From contig CAVRJM010000001.1 of the NCBI GenBank assembly GCA_963722075.1, positions 320,001-384,000 on the forward strand: a stretch of DNA of 64,000 nucleotides. The letters run 5' to 3'. The stretch comes from Candidatus Babeliales bacterium. GTDB taxonomy: Bacteria; Babelota; Babeliae; Babelales; JANWKD01. Under the pieces are notes generated by a model, which had not been told where the DNA came from, ran no database searches, and was given only the letters and a program-made list of their open reading frames with translations. A program made the translations under genes and the position numbers. This document shows positions 38,509 to 49,645 of this stretch, in pieces (position 1 is the first letter of the stretch; each line of letters opens with the position of its first letter).

Positions 38509-40016
38509 TAAAACGAAGTTCCGACCTTTGCCCATACATGGCCCATTTTAAATGATCTATTAGTGCCAGAAAATTCAATACCACCACCAAGACCAACAAA
38601 TGGTTGGCTCCAGCACCAATCCCATAAATAGCCGATATGAACAAAGAACCCATGAGAGAATGCGCCTGGATGTGCCGCAGATTCAAAATTAAGGTCACTA
38701 TTAGAAATGAATACCGGGGATGCATCAAGAATAGAAGCATTTGTACCATCAATTTGAGTTAAACTGGCTGTTGTATTGGTGCCAGCACCAGCAGTACCAC
38801 TTAATCCAGCAATACCAAAGGTATTCGCAGGAATTTGGCCAATTACATCAATATGGTCTCGCGTGCGGCCCCATAAATTGTAGCCAGCATCAAGGATGAA
38901 ATTGCAACGTAAATATTCAAGCATAAAAACAAGATCACCATGAGCTCTATTTTTAGTCTTAATTGGCAAGGTTAAAATATTCGGGCCACGAACAATTTCT
39001 CCAGCGTACGCGCCAGCATTAAATCGTTTAAATAATAGATATCTGCTGCCGATACCATTGTTTTTAAGATCAAAAGTTCGCATTTGTCTTGATTTGAGCA
39101 TGGTATAGATATTGCCATTAATGAATCCGGTTAAAAACTCATCACAACCATTTTCCCATAATAAGAAATTACCTAATATTCCTGCTCCCACCTCAAAATA
39201 ATGCCCATTACCCACAATAGGTTCAAAAAAGAAAACGCCATTTGGTCGATTGCCGGTGGGTATAATAGTGCGTACATTAACGCTAAAATAATTACATTCA
39301 TCGTTAAGAAATATACAACCTAAAGCACATTCAAAATCAGCAAAAGATGATTTTTTTCGTTTACCATCTACCCGAGCAAATTGGAGTGGTTGCTTTACAT
39401 CAAAAAAGGTTGCTTGGCCGTCCCATGCAGTTATCATAGAATTAAATGGTGCAGGGGTATCAGTAGGATTTCCTAATTCATTTGCTAGAATTGCCGTTCC
39501 AGAAGTGCTGACTGTTTCTTTAAAATCGATTGACCATTGAGTGCGTGCATAAGGAAGATGCGCGGCCAGGTAAAACGTATAACATCCAATATCAAAACCG
39601 TAGAACCCATTAATATCTATGAGTTCATTTTGTACTGAGGGGCGTGCAGTGATGCCACTATTAAAATTATCGTTTACCAAGAAATTCTGTCCAAAAATAT
39701 CAATGCCAGGGCCTGCTGCCGTTCCTGTTTGCATGGTGTCAGTATTATTAAAGAAAAGATATTTACCAATATCATGTTTATTAAATGATTTTGAATACTC
39801 GGCGGTGCTCCAGAGTACGCCATTTGAACAATCGTCATAGCCCCAGGTAATTAAGTAACCTACACCAGCACTCTCACGTGCTTTGTTTGAACCAATAGAA
39901 CGTCCATGAAAAAAGGTACGGCCAAACACATCGCGATTATCGTTAAACTGATTATCGGCAACAAGATAAATAGGAATGAAGAGAGTGACGAAAATAATGG
40001 TACGTAGATACTTCAT
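38508..40016 (-). CDS. Putative outer-membrane beta-barrel protein (paralog of 43178-44758)
   Basis: Signal peptide, amphipathic beta strands, C-terminal Phe (KVGTSF). Confidence 0.7.
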   Translation of the reverse strand: MKYLRTIIFVTLFIPIYLVADNQFNDNRDVFGRTFFHGRSIGSNKARESAGVGYLITWGYDDCSNGVLWSTAEYSKSFNKHDIGKYLFFNNTDTMQTGTAAGPGIDIFGQNFLVNDNFNSGITARPSVQNELIDINGFYGFDIGCYTFYLAAHLPYARTQWSIDFKETVSTSGTAILANELGNPTDTPAPFNSMITAWDGQATFFDVKQPLQFARVDGKRKKSSFADFECALGCIFLNDECNYFSVNVRTIIPTGNRPNGVFFFEPIVGNGHYFEVGAGILGNFLLWENGCDEFLTGFINGNIYTMLKSRQMRTFDLKNNGIGSRYLLFKRFNAGAYAGEIVRGPNILTLPIKTKNRAHGDLVFMLEYLRCNFILDAGYNLWGRTRDHIDVIGQIPANTFGIAGLSGTAGAGTNTTASLTQIDGTNASILDASPVFISNSDLNFESAAHPGAFSHGFFVHIGYLWDWCWSQPFVGLGGGIEFSGTNRSFKMGHVWAKVGTSF

Positions 40017-40230
40017 ACAGGCCTCTTTTTTACAAGGAAATTTTTATGATGGTTTTAAGGTAATATTTTTTTTGAAATCAATCAATTAATTCTTTTATAG
40101 AAAAATATGCCTATAGATTAGTGTTTTATAAAAATAAAATATTTTCAGGGTGAATAAAAACCATTGAAAAACGGCCTTTAACTGGAGTATTCTAATAATA
40201 TAGTCAGATTAAAGACTATAAAAAGGGGAA

Positions 40231-41307
40231 ATGGTAATGAAGCTAAAAAAAATACTTTTTATGCTATTATGCAGTACTGCAGGGTTATCTTATGCACAAT
40301 GTGATAAAAAAACGTTTGACCAATTACTTGCTAGAATTAAAACGGGTTATATTTATGATTTATATGGGTTTATCGATACAGCAAAAGTACGTACCTTTGC
40401 TGAAGATAACCCCTTTAAATCGATTCCCTCAGTGGCACAATTAAATAGCTGGAATTCATTAATATCATGCACTCATAAATATATCACTGAGCAAATTGCA
40501 TTAAAAAAGGCGCCAACTATCTATAAAACGTATCTTAAAGAATTGGAATCAACCACTAAAGATATTCTTGCACTCATTAAGTTATTAAATGCTCTTTATA
40601 GTAAAAATGTTATTGTCAGCCAAAATATTAAACTTAAAACAGTTGAATCATATCGGCCATTATCAGCAGCAGATAAAAAAGAACTTGAACTTCTAATAAA
40701 AAAAATAGATTCATATAAAAATATAATAAATTCAATCTTTATTTTATCGCTGGAAGAAATAGTGACGGCAGCTGGTTACCCTGCTGCATGGAAAAATGAA
40801 GTTTCCTCTTCTTTAGATGAAATTTTTAATGATTTTCCTTATTTTTTCGATACGTATCAAGAGGCAAAAAAGAAATTTAAAAATATGAGCCCGGAAGAAT
40901 TAGTTTATTTTTTACGTATTTCAAATTTGATAAAAGCACCCTATAAAGAAAATCAAAGAGAATATGAATTTGAGTTACAGAAATTAGCAACCGCACTTTT
41001 TAATAAATTAGAAAAATTTGATTACCGCGTTTCTGATGAGGCTAAAAAGATTCAAGAGCGTATAGATAATGCTTGGATTGCCAGTAGAGAAGACAAACAA
41101 CGATTGGCGTATTTGAAAAAGCTTAGTGCCGACACTCATGAAATTATGAACGCATTATTGCTCGTGTTCCCATTATCTCCGCGCTATATGGATATGTTAG
41201 CACGCACAAAAGATGCTACTTCATTGCTTATTTTTGCCGAATCAGCGGCATTAACTTCAGAACTGCAAGCTTTAAAAAGAAATGCTTTATTATTAAAAGG
41301 AAAATAG
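40231..41307 (+). CDS. Secreted helical hypothetical protein (paralog 1 of 3)
   Basis: Signal peptide, CD...W...C motif shared with the next two ORFs. Confidence 0.7.
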   Translation: MVMKLKKILFMLLCSTAGLSYAQCDKKTFDQLLARIKTGYIYDLYGFIDTAKVRTFAEDNPFKSIPSVAQLNSWNSLISCTHKYITEQIALKKAPTIYKTYLKELESTTKDILALIKLLNALYSKNVIVSQNIKLKTVESYRPLSAADKKELELLIKKIDSYKNIINSIFILSLEEIVTAAGYPAAWKNEVSSSLDEIFNDFPYFFDTYQEAKKKFKNMSPEELVYFLRISNLIKAPYKENQREYEFELQKLATALFNKLEKFDYRVSDEAKKIQERIDNAWIASREDKQRLAYLKKLSADTHEIMNALLLVFPLSPRYMDMLARTKDATSLLIFAESAALTSELQALKRNALLLKGK

Positions 41308-41309
41308 TT

Positions 41310-42206
41310 ATGAAATTAAAAATATATAATACACTTTTTTTACTAACAGCCATGAGCTGTAATTCGCTCTTAAATGCTACCTGCGATGAGGTGACTAAAA
41401 AAATGGTGATTACTGATATCCAAAAGCCGCAAACAGTATATCACAAAATTCAAAATCCTCTTAGTGGTGATTTAAAAAATCCAAAATTATTAGATGCATT
41501 TAAAGCATGGATCAATTACACCGATTGCGCAGAATCACTCATTAATAATCCTGCATATGCTGACATGAAAGTGGCAGTACAGCAAGCTAAATTATATGCT
41601 TTGGGATCAATTATCAAATTACAAACGAATCGTACCAATGCCATAGATCTTGAAAATATTAAACAATTAATAAAAGTAATGGATTTGTTATTTATTACGG
41701 CCTTGCGTGAAATTCATCGAGAAGTACCGACCCCTTCTTCTTGGAAAAAAGATGTTTTAGCTTCAACACTTGAAGATTTCTTTGTTGGGCATGAACAGTT
41801 TTTTAAAAATTATGAAGCTACAAAAAAACAATTTGCACAATATAAAGGCGTTTTTGACACACAGCGAATAGTAGATTTTGTACGAAATCAGCATTTTATC
41901 AAAAAAGGTCCACAGGAACAAAATAGTATTAATTTTCTTGTTGATGCATTAGAAAAAACAATAATTAAGTTAGAAGAGAATAGTAAAAAAGCGTGGTTTG
42001 GCAAAGGGGATATGCAACGAAAAATTGGGGATAGCAAAGAAATAATTGCGGCCTTAATTAAACAATATCCATTTACTGAGACCTCACAGATGTATCAAAA
42101 AATATCATTTTCCCAAAATATAGCATTGTTAATTTTACTTGCTGAAGCAGGTTCTTTATTAGGAATTTTAAAACGAATTGAAAACTATCTAGAAAAAAAT
42201 AAATAA
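41310..42206 (+). CDS. Secreted helical hypothetical protein (paralog 2 of 3)
   Basis: Signal peptide, CD, W..YTDCA, P..W...V motifs. Confidence 0.7.
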   Translation: MKLKIYNTLFLLTAMSCNSLLNATCDEVTKKMVITDIQKPQTVYHKIQNPLSGDLKNPKLLDAFKAWINYTDCAESLINNPAYADMKVAVQQAKLYALGSIIKLQTNRTNAIDLENIKQLIKVMDLLFITALREIHREVPTPSSWKKDVLASTLEDFFVGHEQFFKNYEATKKQFAQYKGVFDTQRIVDFVRNQHFIKKGPQEQNSINFLVDALEKTIIKLEENSKKAWFGKGDMQRKIGDSKEIIAALIKQYPFTETSQMYQKISFSQNIALLILLAEAGSLLGILKRIENYLEKNK

Positions 42207-42223
42207 TAATTAAAGGAGAGAGA

Positions 42224-43096
42224 ATGATGAAAAAGCTTATAATACTTAGTTGCCTGCTGCCATTCTGTGCGCAAGCAATGGTGTGTGATTATCAAACACG
42301 CCAACAAATTAACAAAGATAAAAAAGCACCATACCAGATATATGAAAATATTCAGAAGTTATTTATACCCGTTTTAAATGCAAATATGAAAAATTATTAC
42401 TATTTTACCGAAGCATGGAAAAGCTGGGACGCTTATACTGATTGTGCTCATGAATTAATAACGAATTCGGAATTCAAAGAAGATAAAGATATCTTAGTGT
42501 TTGCTAAATATAGAATTAAAGATACCGTCGAAAAAATCAATGGAGTACCTGACCAAACAAGATTAAGAAAAATGTTAAAAGAATTGGCAGATATTTATAG
42601 CAATGCATTGCAGGTTATTAATGAAGAAGTAGATACGCCGTTAGACTGGGAAAGCGCTGTTTTAGCACAGTCTGCAGAAGATATTTTCCCCCATTACAAA
42701 ATAAGCTTGTTATTGCCCTATGAAGAATTAAAGAAAAAAAGTGCATTTGATAATAAAAAAATTCTTGATTTTGTGAAGAATCTTGAAAGAATCGCATCAG
42801 GAGAAGATGAACAACAAGCTATTAATAATTTTGCCGACAAAATAGATAAACTTATTTACCGTTTAGAAGCAGATAAAAAAAGAACCTGGTATAGTAAAAG
42901 AGAACTGCAGAAAGAAATTAATGACTTAGAAGAAATTTTTGATGCACTTAATGAACGTTATATTATTGAAACGAGTCTTATGCGCGAAAAAATTTCCTTA
43001 TCAACAGATTTAGATGCGCTTATAATTTTATCCGAAACAAAAAATCTTATAACTATTGGGCAAAAGGTAAAGAATTTTCTAGATTCACGTAAGTAA
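42224..43096 (+). CDS. Secreted helical hypothetical protein (paralog 3 of 3)
   Basis: AAGGAG RBS, signal peptide, CD, W..YTDCA, P..W...V motifs. Confidence 0.7.
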   Translation: MMKKLIILSCLLPFCAQAMVCDYQTRQQINKDKKAPYQIYENIQKLFIPVLNANMKNYYYFTEAWKSWDAYTDCAHELITNSEFKEDKDILVFAKYRIKDTVEKINGVPDQTRLRKMLKELADIYSNALQVINEEVDTPLDWESAVLAQSAEDIFPHYKISLLLPYEELKKKSAFDNKKILDFVKNLERIASGEDEQQAINNFADKIDKLIYRLEADKKRTWYSKRELQKEINDLEEIFDALNERYIIETSLMREKISLSTDLDALIILSETKNLITIGQKVKNFLDSRK

Positions 43097-43119
43097 ATGA
43101 ATCCTTATAGCAAAAAGAC

Positions 43120-43149
43120 AAAAAGCGCGGAAAATTTTCCGCGCTTTTT
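43120..43149. terminator. Bidirectional rho-independent terminator
   Basis: AAAAAGCGCGGAAAA-TTTTCCGCGCTTTTT palindrome between convergent genes. Confidence 0.85.
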
Positions 43150-43177
43150 CGTTTAAATTATATCTACGTTGAATGCT

Positions 43178-44758
43178 TTATGAGAATGCGAAGCCGCCTT
43201 TAATCCAAATTCCCCATTGGTCAAGTGCAAAATTATGATCGCCTGAGAATTCTACTTCGCCGCCTAACCCTAAAAATGGGGTATAATCACAATTTTCCCA
43301 CGCATAGCTGGCATGAGCAAAGAATTTATGTGAAATAGCTCGCGGATGCGCTGCTGAATCAATAAATAGTTGGCTATTATTAATGAAGACAGCCGTGCTA
43401 TCAAATGGGCCACCGGTTCCATTAATGTGAGCAGTACTTTGTGTCTGAAGAGCTTCAGGGCCCGCAGAGAGTGTTTGTCCTTTTAACCCATAGGTATTTG
43501 GTTGAATCATTTCGATATTGCTAATTTTATCCTCGCTACGAGTCCAGAGATTGTAACCAGTATCAAGCGTAAAACCACAACGATAATAATCAAAAAGCAA
43601 TGCAGCTTCAATATGATAAGAATTACGGACTTTACATTGCAATGCTAACACATTGGGACCAAATAAAATTTCAGACAGCGCTGTTGGGGTGGCACCACCG
43701 GTAAATTTTTTAATTAATAATCTACTGCTACCAATATTTTGCGTGCCATCGGCATTAGCTAAATCAAATATTCTGCGCTGACGGCCTTTGAGCACGGTAT
43801 AAATATCTGCTTCTGCCCATACGCTAAATGCTGAATCGCAGCAGTTATTCCAGAATTCATAGTGTGTAGAAAAGCCAGCACCTACTTCATAATGCTTACC
43901 ATTACCAGCAACTGGTTCAAAAAGGAACACGGCATTCGGACGATTACTGGAAGGGAAAACAACACGGAAATCAGCGCCTAAATGGTAACATTCATGGCAA
44001 AGGAAATTATATCCAAGCGCTGCTTCAATATCACCAAGTCGTGTTTTAGTTTGTTTGCCGCTTGCTTCACTTGAACCGCTCAGTGCATCAGATGTATCAA
44101 CGCGACCAAATTGTAAAACTTGTTTTAAAAGGGGAAAATCTATGGTATCTAATGTTTGCCCATTATATGCTGTTAAAATACTGCCAATGGGTGAAGGGAG
44201 GGCGCTCGTATTTCCCAATTCATTTGCTGCGATTGTAGTACCTGAACTGGTAATGTTTTCATCAAAATTAACGGTCCAACGAGTCCATACTAATGGTGCA
44301 TGGATATCTAAATAAAGACCACAAACCCATTCATCTAAATTAAGTCTAAATTGAATATCTAAAAGCGCATTTTCTACCCGCGGAAGTGCGGTGAGGGTTC
44401 CGTTAAAGTTATCATTAAGGAAAAAATTTTCTGCAAAGACATCAACGCCCGTACCGCCTGCAGCGCCAAATGTCATCATGTTGGTACCGTTATAGAAAAG
44501 GTATTTTCCTATTTCATCGCGATCAAATGAACGCGTATACTCAGGGGTGAAGGACAGAAATCCATTGAGACAATCTATGTCGCAGGGTACAAGAAATTCT
44601 GTTGTTCCTACTAAACGTCTTGCTAGATTAGACCATTGTGGTCGTTGGCTGAAAAATGTATGGCCAAATGTTTTACTAGATGGATCATCAAGTGCATATA
44701 TAAATCCAAAAGAGGTACATAAAAAGAGAAATAAAAATTTTTTAATAGTTGGTTTCAT
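43178..44758 (-). CDS. Putative outer-membrane beta-barrel protein (paralog of 38508-40016)
   Basis: Signal peptide; shared motifs FG.TFF, IGKYLF, NDNFN, FEP..GNG, GYNLW.R, AAHP, GLGG..EFSG. Confidence 0.7.
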   Translation of the reverse strand: MKPTIKKFLFLFLCTSFGFIYALDDPSSKTFGHTFFSQRPQWSNLARRLVGTTEFLVPCDIDCLNGFLSFTPEYTRSFDRDEIGKYLFYNGTNMMTFGAAGGTGVDVFAENFFLNDNFNGTLTALPRVENALLDIQFRLNLDEWVCGLYLDIHAPLVWTRWTVNFDENITSSGTTIAANELGNTSALPSPIGSILTAYNGQTLDTIDFPLLKQVLQFGRVDTSDALSGSSEASGKQTKTRLGDIEAALGYNFLCHECYHLGADFRVVFPSSNRPNAVFLFEPVAGNGKHYEVGAGFSTHYEFWNNCCDSAFSVWAEADIYTVLKGRQRRIFDLANADGTQNIGSSRLLIKKFTGGATPTALSEILFGPNVLALQCKVRNSYHIEAALLFDYYRCGFTLDTGYNLWTRSEDKISNIEMIQPNTYGLKGQTLSAGPEALQTQSTAHINGTGGPFDSTAVFINNSQLFIDSAAHPRAISHKFFAHASYAWENCDYTPFLGLGGEVEFSGDHNFALDQWGIWIKGGFAFS

Positions 44759-44918
44759 CTACAAAACTCCTTATTGTTTTTAAAGCTGGGCATACCATCG
44801 AATGTTTTCATTGCATTTGATCACACGCTACTGAATTTCCAATGATTCGTCAATATTGAAAGAGGTATAATTTATGGTATGGTTGAGTTTTGTAAAAACA
44901 TTATAGATTTACGCAAAC

Positions 44919-45065
44919 CTGGATTCTTAGGCTTCGCTCAGAATGACATACGACACGGTCATCCTGAGGAACTTGCGTCCGACTTCGCCATGGCTACGCC
45001 GGATTCCTCAATAGCAAAGTGCGTGTCCGGCGGAGTTTTAACGGAGACGGAACGTGAGGATACAG
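44919..45065. repeat. Family-1 pair with a family-2 dimer nested in the right arm
   Basis: CTGGATTCTTAGGCTTCGCTCAGAATGAC; GTCATCCTGAG[...44977-45051 insert...]CGTGAGGATACAG. Confidence 0.8.
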
Positions 45066-45104
45066 TAAATAAATTAACATTCTAATTTTGATTTTTTGAT
45101 TTCT

Positions 45105-45869
45105 ATGTACACATATCTAATAATTTTTTTTGCAATTTTTTTAGAAAGTCTTCCTATAAGTAGTTCTGGGCATGTTCTGTTATTGCAAAAATTGTTATCA
45201 AAAAAAAATATTGCAGCTGATATGAATCCTGATGTTTTACTATTTTTGAATGGGTTTACGGTTATGGTGTTAGTGCTTTTTTTCTATAATCGTTGGAAGC
45301 TCCTCGTTTGGGCGTTACTACGAAATAAGGCGATAATACAAAAAATCTTTTTGTTAGGAGCTTTGACTGATGGAATCACGGTTGGATTCTATTTTTTGTA
45401 TGCTAAAAAATTGTGTCTATTCCCTGTATGGATTGGATTTTTAATTACCGCATTGGTATTAGCGAGTTTGCGTTTTTGTCCAATTGTAATAAAAGGAAGT
45501 TGGAATTATAAAAATGCGATTTTATTAGGAATAGTACAATCATTAGCGTTGTTGCCGGGTATTTCACGCTTTGGTACAACGTTTGCAGCAAGTAGATGGT
45601 GTGGAATGAATAACCGCAAGTCATTTGAACTATCTTTTTTACTGGAATTTCCTATTATTGTTGGGGCATATTTGCTAGGAACATATCAGTTGTATAAAAA
45701 AAATCAGTTATGGTACGTGATTAATTCTGGCACATTAATGATTAGTATGACAGCAATTATAGCTGCATTAATTGGATTATGGATCATGCGCGTTATAATT
45801 TCTTATAATTATATATGGCTATTTTCGATTTATCTGATAATGATTTCATTTTTGTGTATACCACTATAA
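45105..45869 (+). CDS. uppP: Undecaprenyl-diphosphate phosphatase
   Basis: E.LPISSSGH and Q.LALLPGISR.G.T motifs; polytopic membrane protein. Confidence 0.9.
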   Translation: MYTYLIIFFAIFLESLPISSSGHVLLLQKLLSKKNIAADMNPDVLLFLNGFTVMVLVLFFYNRWKLLVWALLRNKAIIQKIFLLGALTDGITVGFYFLYAKKLCLFPVWIGFLITALVLASLRFCPIVIKGSWNYKNAILLGIVQSLALLPGISRFGTTFAASRWCGMNNRKSFELSFLLEFPIIVGAYLLGTYQLYKKNQLWYVINSGTLMISMTAIIAALIGLWIMRVIISYNYIWLFSIYLIMISFLCIPL

Positions 45870-45882
45870 GTAGGAATATAAT

Positions 45883-48105
45883 ATGGTGTCGATGTTGTCA
45901 CGATTCATTTCGCCTCATTTTAAGCGTTCGATAAAAAAAATAATGGGATATTTTATTTTAGCAATTGCATTGTTTTATTTGATTGCAATTATGGGGCATA
46001 ATCCGCATGATATTTCGCTTTTTTTTAAATCTACCGATCCAATTATTGCACATATATTTGGCAGTTTTGGAGCGCATACGGCAGCATTATTGCTCTTTAT
46101 ATTGGGAGGAATTGGGTCATTATCATGCATTTTATTTTTGTTGTTATTAGGTTTTTTTTTGCTTAGACAATCACCACTTAAACAATATGCAGATCAACTA
46201 ATTGGTGCATTTTTTTTTATTTTTTGTAGTTGCTCGTATGCTGCATTTTTTAAAATTGATATCGGTACCTTTTTTTGTGGTGGATTATGTGGTGTTTTTT
46301 TAATCGATTTTTTTCAACGTTTTTTTGATTCCTTTTTATTTTCGGTATTTATTTTTTTTATAACAACGAGCGCCTTTATTCTAATGTCACGATTGGTGTT
46401 AATAAAAATAGTTATAAGGGCACAAGTAATGATGAGGCGCTTGGCATTGTACCATGATTGTAAGGCTATTTTAGCGAGTTCTTATGAGAATATACAAATA
46501 TACCTGAAAAAATTTATTTCTAAGGTATCTGCACTGATATTTACCAATGAGCGTATGCCATCGGTGATAGATTTAGAATATGAAAAAATTCCTGAAGAAG
46601 ACGCATTTTGGGATAAATTTGAATGCGCTTCAGAAGCAGCTGTTCAAGAGCCAACACTGATGGAATCTGCTCCCATTGAAGAAAAAAATGAAATGCCTTC
46701 TTTGATTGCCGAGCCACCCAAAAAAATATCTTATGCATTACCACTTTCTTCACTCGTAAAAGTGGAGCAAGAAAACCATGATGATGCCGGTGAACAAAAA
46801 GAGTGGGCCCTTATTTTGGAAGAAAAATTAGAGCGATTTGGAATTCATGGGAAAGTACTCTCCATTAAAAAAGGTCCCGTTATAACCTTATTTGAATATG
46901 AGCCGCAGATAGATTCAAAAATTAGTAAAATTATTGCATTGGAAGATGATTTAGCATTGGCTTTACAAGCCATTAGCATTCGTATTATTGCGCCCATACC
47001 AGGCCGTTCAGTAGTAGGTTTTGAAGTCTCAAATAAAAAGCGACATACGGTACAGATGGGATCATTATTACAATCAGCTGATTTTAAGCACTGTGCAGCG
47101 AATTTACCGCTTGCTATTGGTCAGGATAATATTGGTTCAAATATTATTGTTGATTTGACAATGATGCCGCATTTATTGATTGCAGGATCTACTGGTTCAG
47201 GAAAATCGGTGGCGTTAAATACGATGCTTATTAGTTTGTTGTATAAATGTGTACCAAATCAACTTAAGTTAATTTTAATCGATCCAAAGCGTTTAGAATT
47301 TGCTTCTTATGCAGATATCCCACATTTACTATTCCCCATTATTACCGATCCAAAAAAGGCCGCAGCAGCGCTTAGATGGGTGGTAAAAACAATGGAAGAA
47401 CGGTATGCGATTATGGAAGCACATAATGTAAGAAATATTTTTGATTACAATCGTTTAGTAGGTAAAGATACGCAAAAAAAGGCAATGCCCTTTATTGTAA
47501 TAATGATTGATGAGCTTTCTGATCTTATGATGACGGCACCAAGAGAGACTGAAGATTTAATTGCGCGTATAGCGCAGATGGCTCGTGCTGCTGGCATTCA
47601 TATGATTATCGCAACGCAACGCCCTTCAGTTGATGTTATAACAGGACTGATTAAAGTTAATTTCCCCAGCAGAATTTCATTTCGAGTAACTTCTAAGATT
47701 GATTCACGTACCATTTTGGATTGTACGGGTGCCGACAAATTATTAGGCAAGGGAGATATGTTATTTTTGGATTCTGCATCACGGCTTATTCGTGCGCATG
47801 CGCCGTATATTTCCGATAAAGAAATAGGACAGGTAGTAAACCATATTCGATTGCAACAAGCACCGGAGTATATTCCTTTACCAGAAGATAATAAAGCAAC
47901 TAATTTTGATGATAATGATATTGATGAACAATTATATGATGATGTTTTACGCTTTATTGAAATGGTTGATGAAGTTTCTATATCATTACTGCAACGTAAA
48001 TTTAGAATTGGTTATAATCGATCTGCACGCATTATCGATAAATTAGAATCTCAAGGAATTATTATGCAGGAGCCGGGTGGTAAAACACGAAAAGTGATTC
48101 GATAA
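45883..48105 (+). CDS. ftsK: DNA translocase FtsK
   Basis: N-terminal TMs, PHLLIAGSTGSGKS, DPK, ATQRPS, gamma domain IGYNRSARI. Confidence 0.97.
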   Translation: MVSMLSRFISPHFKRSIKKIMGYFILAIALFYLIAIMGHNPHDISLFFKSTDPIIAHIFGSFGAHTAALLLFILGGIGSLSCILFLLLLGFFLLRQSPLKQYADQLIGAFFFIFCSCSYAAFFKIDIGTFFCGGLCGVFLIDFFQRFFDSFLFSVFIFFITTSAFILMSRLVLIKIVIRAQVMMRRLALYHDCKAILASSYENIQIYLKKFISKVSALIFTNERMPSVIDLEYEKIPEEDAFWDKFECASEAAVQEPTLMESAPIEEKNEMPSLIAEPPKKISYALPLSSLVKVEQENHDDAGEQKEWALILEEKLERFGIHGKVLSIKKGPVITLFEYEPQIDSKISKIIALEDDLALALQAISIRIIAPIPGRSVVGFEVSNKKRHTVQMGSLLQSADFKHCAANLPLAIGQDNIGSNIIVDLTMMPHLLIAGSTGSGKSVALNTMLISLLYKCVPNQLKLILIDPKRLEFASYADIPHLLFPIITDPKKAAAALRWVVKTMEERYAIMEAHNVRNIFDYNRLVGKDTQKKAMPFIVIMIDELSDLMMTAPRETEDLIARIAQMARAAGIHMIIATQRPSVDVITGLIKVNFPSRISFRVTSKIDSRTILDCTGADKLLGKGDMLFLDSASRLIRAHAPYISDKEIGQVVNHIRLQQAPEYIPLPEDNKATNFDDNDIDEQLYDDVLRFIEMVDEVSISLLQRKFRIGYNRSARIIDKLESQGIIMQEPGGKTRKVIR

Positions 48106-48237
48106 ATTAAAATAAAATTTTTTTATTTTTAAAAAACTCTTTTTTTTATACTTGACAAATGTTCAAAAAGCAGACATTTTTTCCAACGTATTAGTACAGC
48201 ATTTTTAGTAAATTTTAACATTAAAAGGCGGAGAAAT

Positions 48238-49641
48238 ATGCGTTTGGACGAAAATTTTATAAAAAACGCGCTTCCTGGGAGTAGTTTTGTCAACAAAATT
48301 TTTCCTGAAAACATATCATTAAGTATTGATTCACGAAAAATTAATAAAGGAGATATTTTTGTTGCGTTAGAAGGATCACAGTGCGATGGTCATGATTTTA
48401 TTACTGAAGCAATAGAAAAAGGAGCTGCAGGATTAATTATTGCAGAGCATAAAAAAGATTACGTAATCAATAGTATAAAAAATAAGCTTGAACAATTATT
48501 GGTTGTATGTGTTTCAAATACCCGTAGTGCGTTGATTACCTTAGCAACGGCATGGCGTGATCAATTTAATTACCCAGTAATTTGCATAACCGGTTCAGTA
48601 GGAAAAACATCTACTAAAGAAATTATTTGCAATGTTTTGGATCTTCATGGCACCTCATATGCAGCATCATATGGTAACCAAAATACGGCAATAGGATTGG
48701 CGCTTACTATATTTTCTATGCGATCAGATCATCAAGCAGCTATTTTTGAATTGGGTATTAATAAGCGCGGAGAAATGGCACAATTGGTTGCGATGGCGCG
48801 CCCGACTATGGCATTGATTACCAATATTGGTCATGCGCATATGGAAGGTCTTGGTTCTATTGTTGATATAGCGGCAGAAAAACGAGATATCTTTTCATTA
48901 TTTAAAGAGAGTAATATTGGTATTATCAATGGCGATCAACCATTACTTTCACATATCTCTTATAGTCATCCTGTGGTGAAATTTGGATCAAAAACAACAA
49001 ATCAAATACAAGCACGTAAAATATTTCAGGGAAGTAATTACGTTTCCTTTATTTTAAAATTATATGGTGAAAAGCATCGTATTGTTTTAAAAACAAATCA
49101 TAACGGAGCGGTATTTAATACGCTTGCTGCCGTAGCGGCTACTTATTTATTAGGTATTCTCACTGAAACTATTATTCAGGCGATTCAAATGCCAGTTATT
49201 GTTGCTGGACGCTTTGAGCAGCGGTTGTTAAAAAATGGGAAGGGCGTTATTATTAATGATTGTTATAATGCGAGCCCTGAAAGTATGAAAGCAGCATTGT
49301 TAGCTCTACAGAAAATAGAAACATCCGCTGAAAAAATAGCCGTTTTGGGTGATATGGCTGAACTGGGTATTAACGGGCCGTTTTGGCATAGACAACTAGG
49401 CCGTTTTTTGAGAAAAGTGCCATCGTTAAAAAGAGTAATTTTAGTTGGATCATTAGTTGAATGGACTAAAAAGACACTTCCGGTGGGAGTTTCAATGGAA
49501 CATGTTGCTAATTGGAAAGAAGCGGTTAACGTGTTGCAAGAAAAGATGAGTAACGAAAACCTCATTTTAGTAAAAGGCTCGCGGGTATTAGGGTTGGATA
49601 AGTTAATAAATGAAATGACCTATGAAAAAGAACAACTGTGA
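48238..49641 (+). CDS. murF: UDP-N-acetylmuramoyl-tripeptide--D-Ala-D-Ala ligase
   Basis: DSR, ITGSVGKTSTKE, NIGHAH, ND.YNASP.SM, LGDM.ELG, VKGSR. Confidence 0.95.
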   Translation: MRLDENFIKNALPGSSFVNKIFPENISLSIDSRKINKGDIFVALEGSQCDGHDFITEAIEKGAAGLIIAEHKKDYVINSIKNKLEQLLVVCVSNTRSALITLATAWRDQFNYPVICITGSVGKTSTKEIICNVLDLHGTSYAASYGNQNTAIGLALTIFSMRSDHQAAIFELGINKRGEMAQLVAMARPTMALITNIGHAHMEGLGSIVDIAAEKRDIFSLFKESNIGIINGDQPLLSHISYSHPVVKFGSKTTNQIQARKIFQGSNYVSFILKLYGEKHRIVLKTNHNGAVFNTLAAVAATYLLGILTETIIQAIQMPVIVAGRFEQRLLKNGKGVIINDCYNASPESMKAALLALQKIETSAEKIAVLGDMAELGINGPFWHRQLGRFLRKVPSLKRVILVGSLVEWTKKTLPVGVSMEHVANWKEAVNVLQEKMSNENLILVKGSRVLGLDKLINEMTYEKEQL

Positions 49642-49645
49642 GGAT

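Noticed and set aside
38441..38752. 103-aa minus-strand ORF overlapping the barrel gene end and repeat
   Set aside because: Alternative frame of a real gene with no RBS or motif.
44879..45085. 68-aa ORF spanning the nested repeat
   Set aside because: Composed almost wholly of GC-rich repeat sequence; no recognisable protein.
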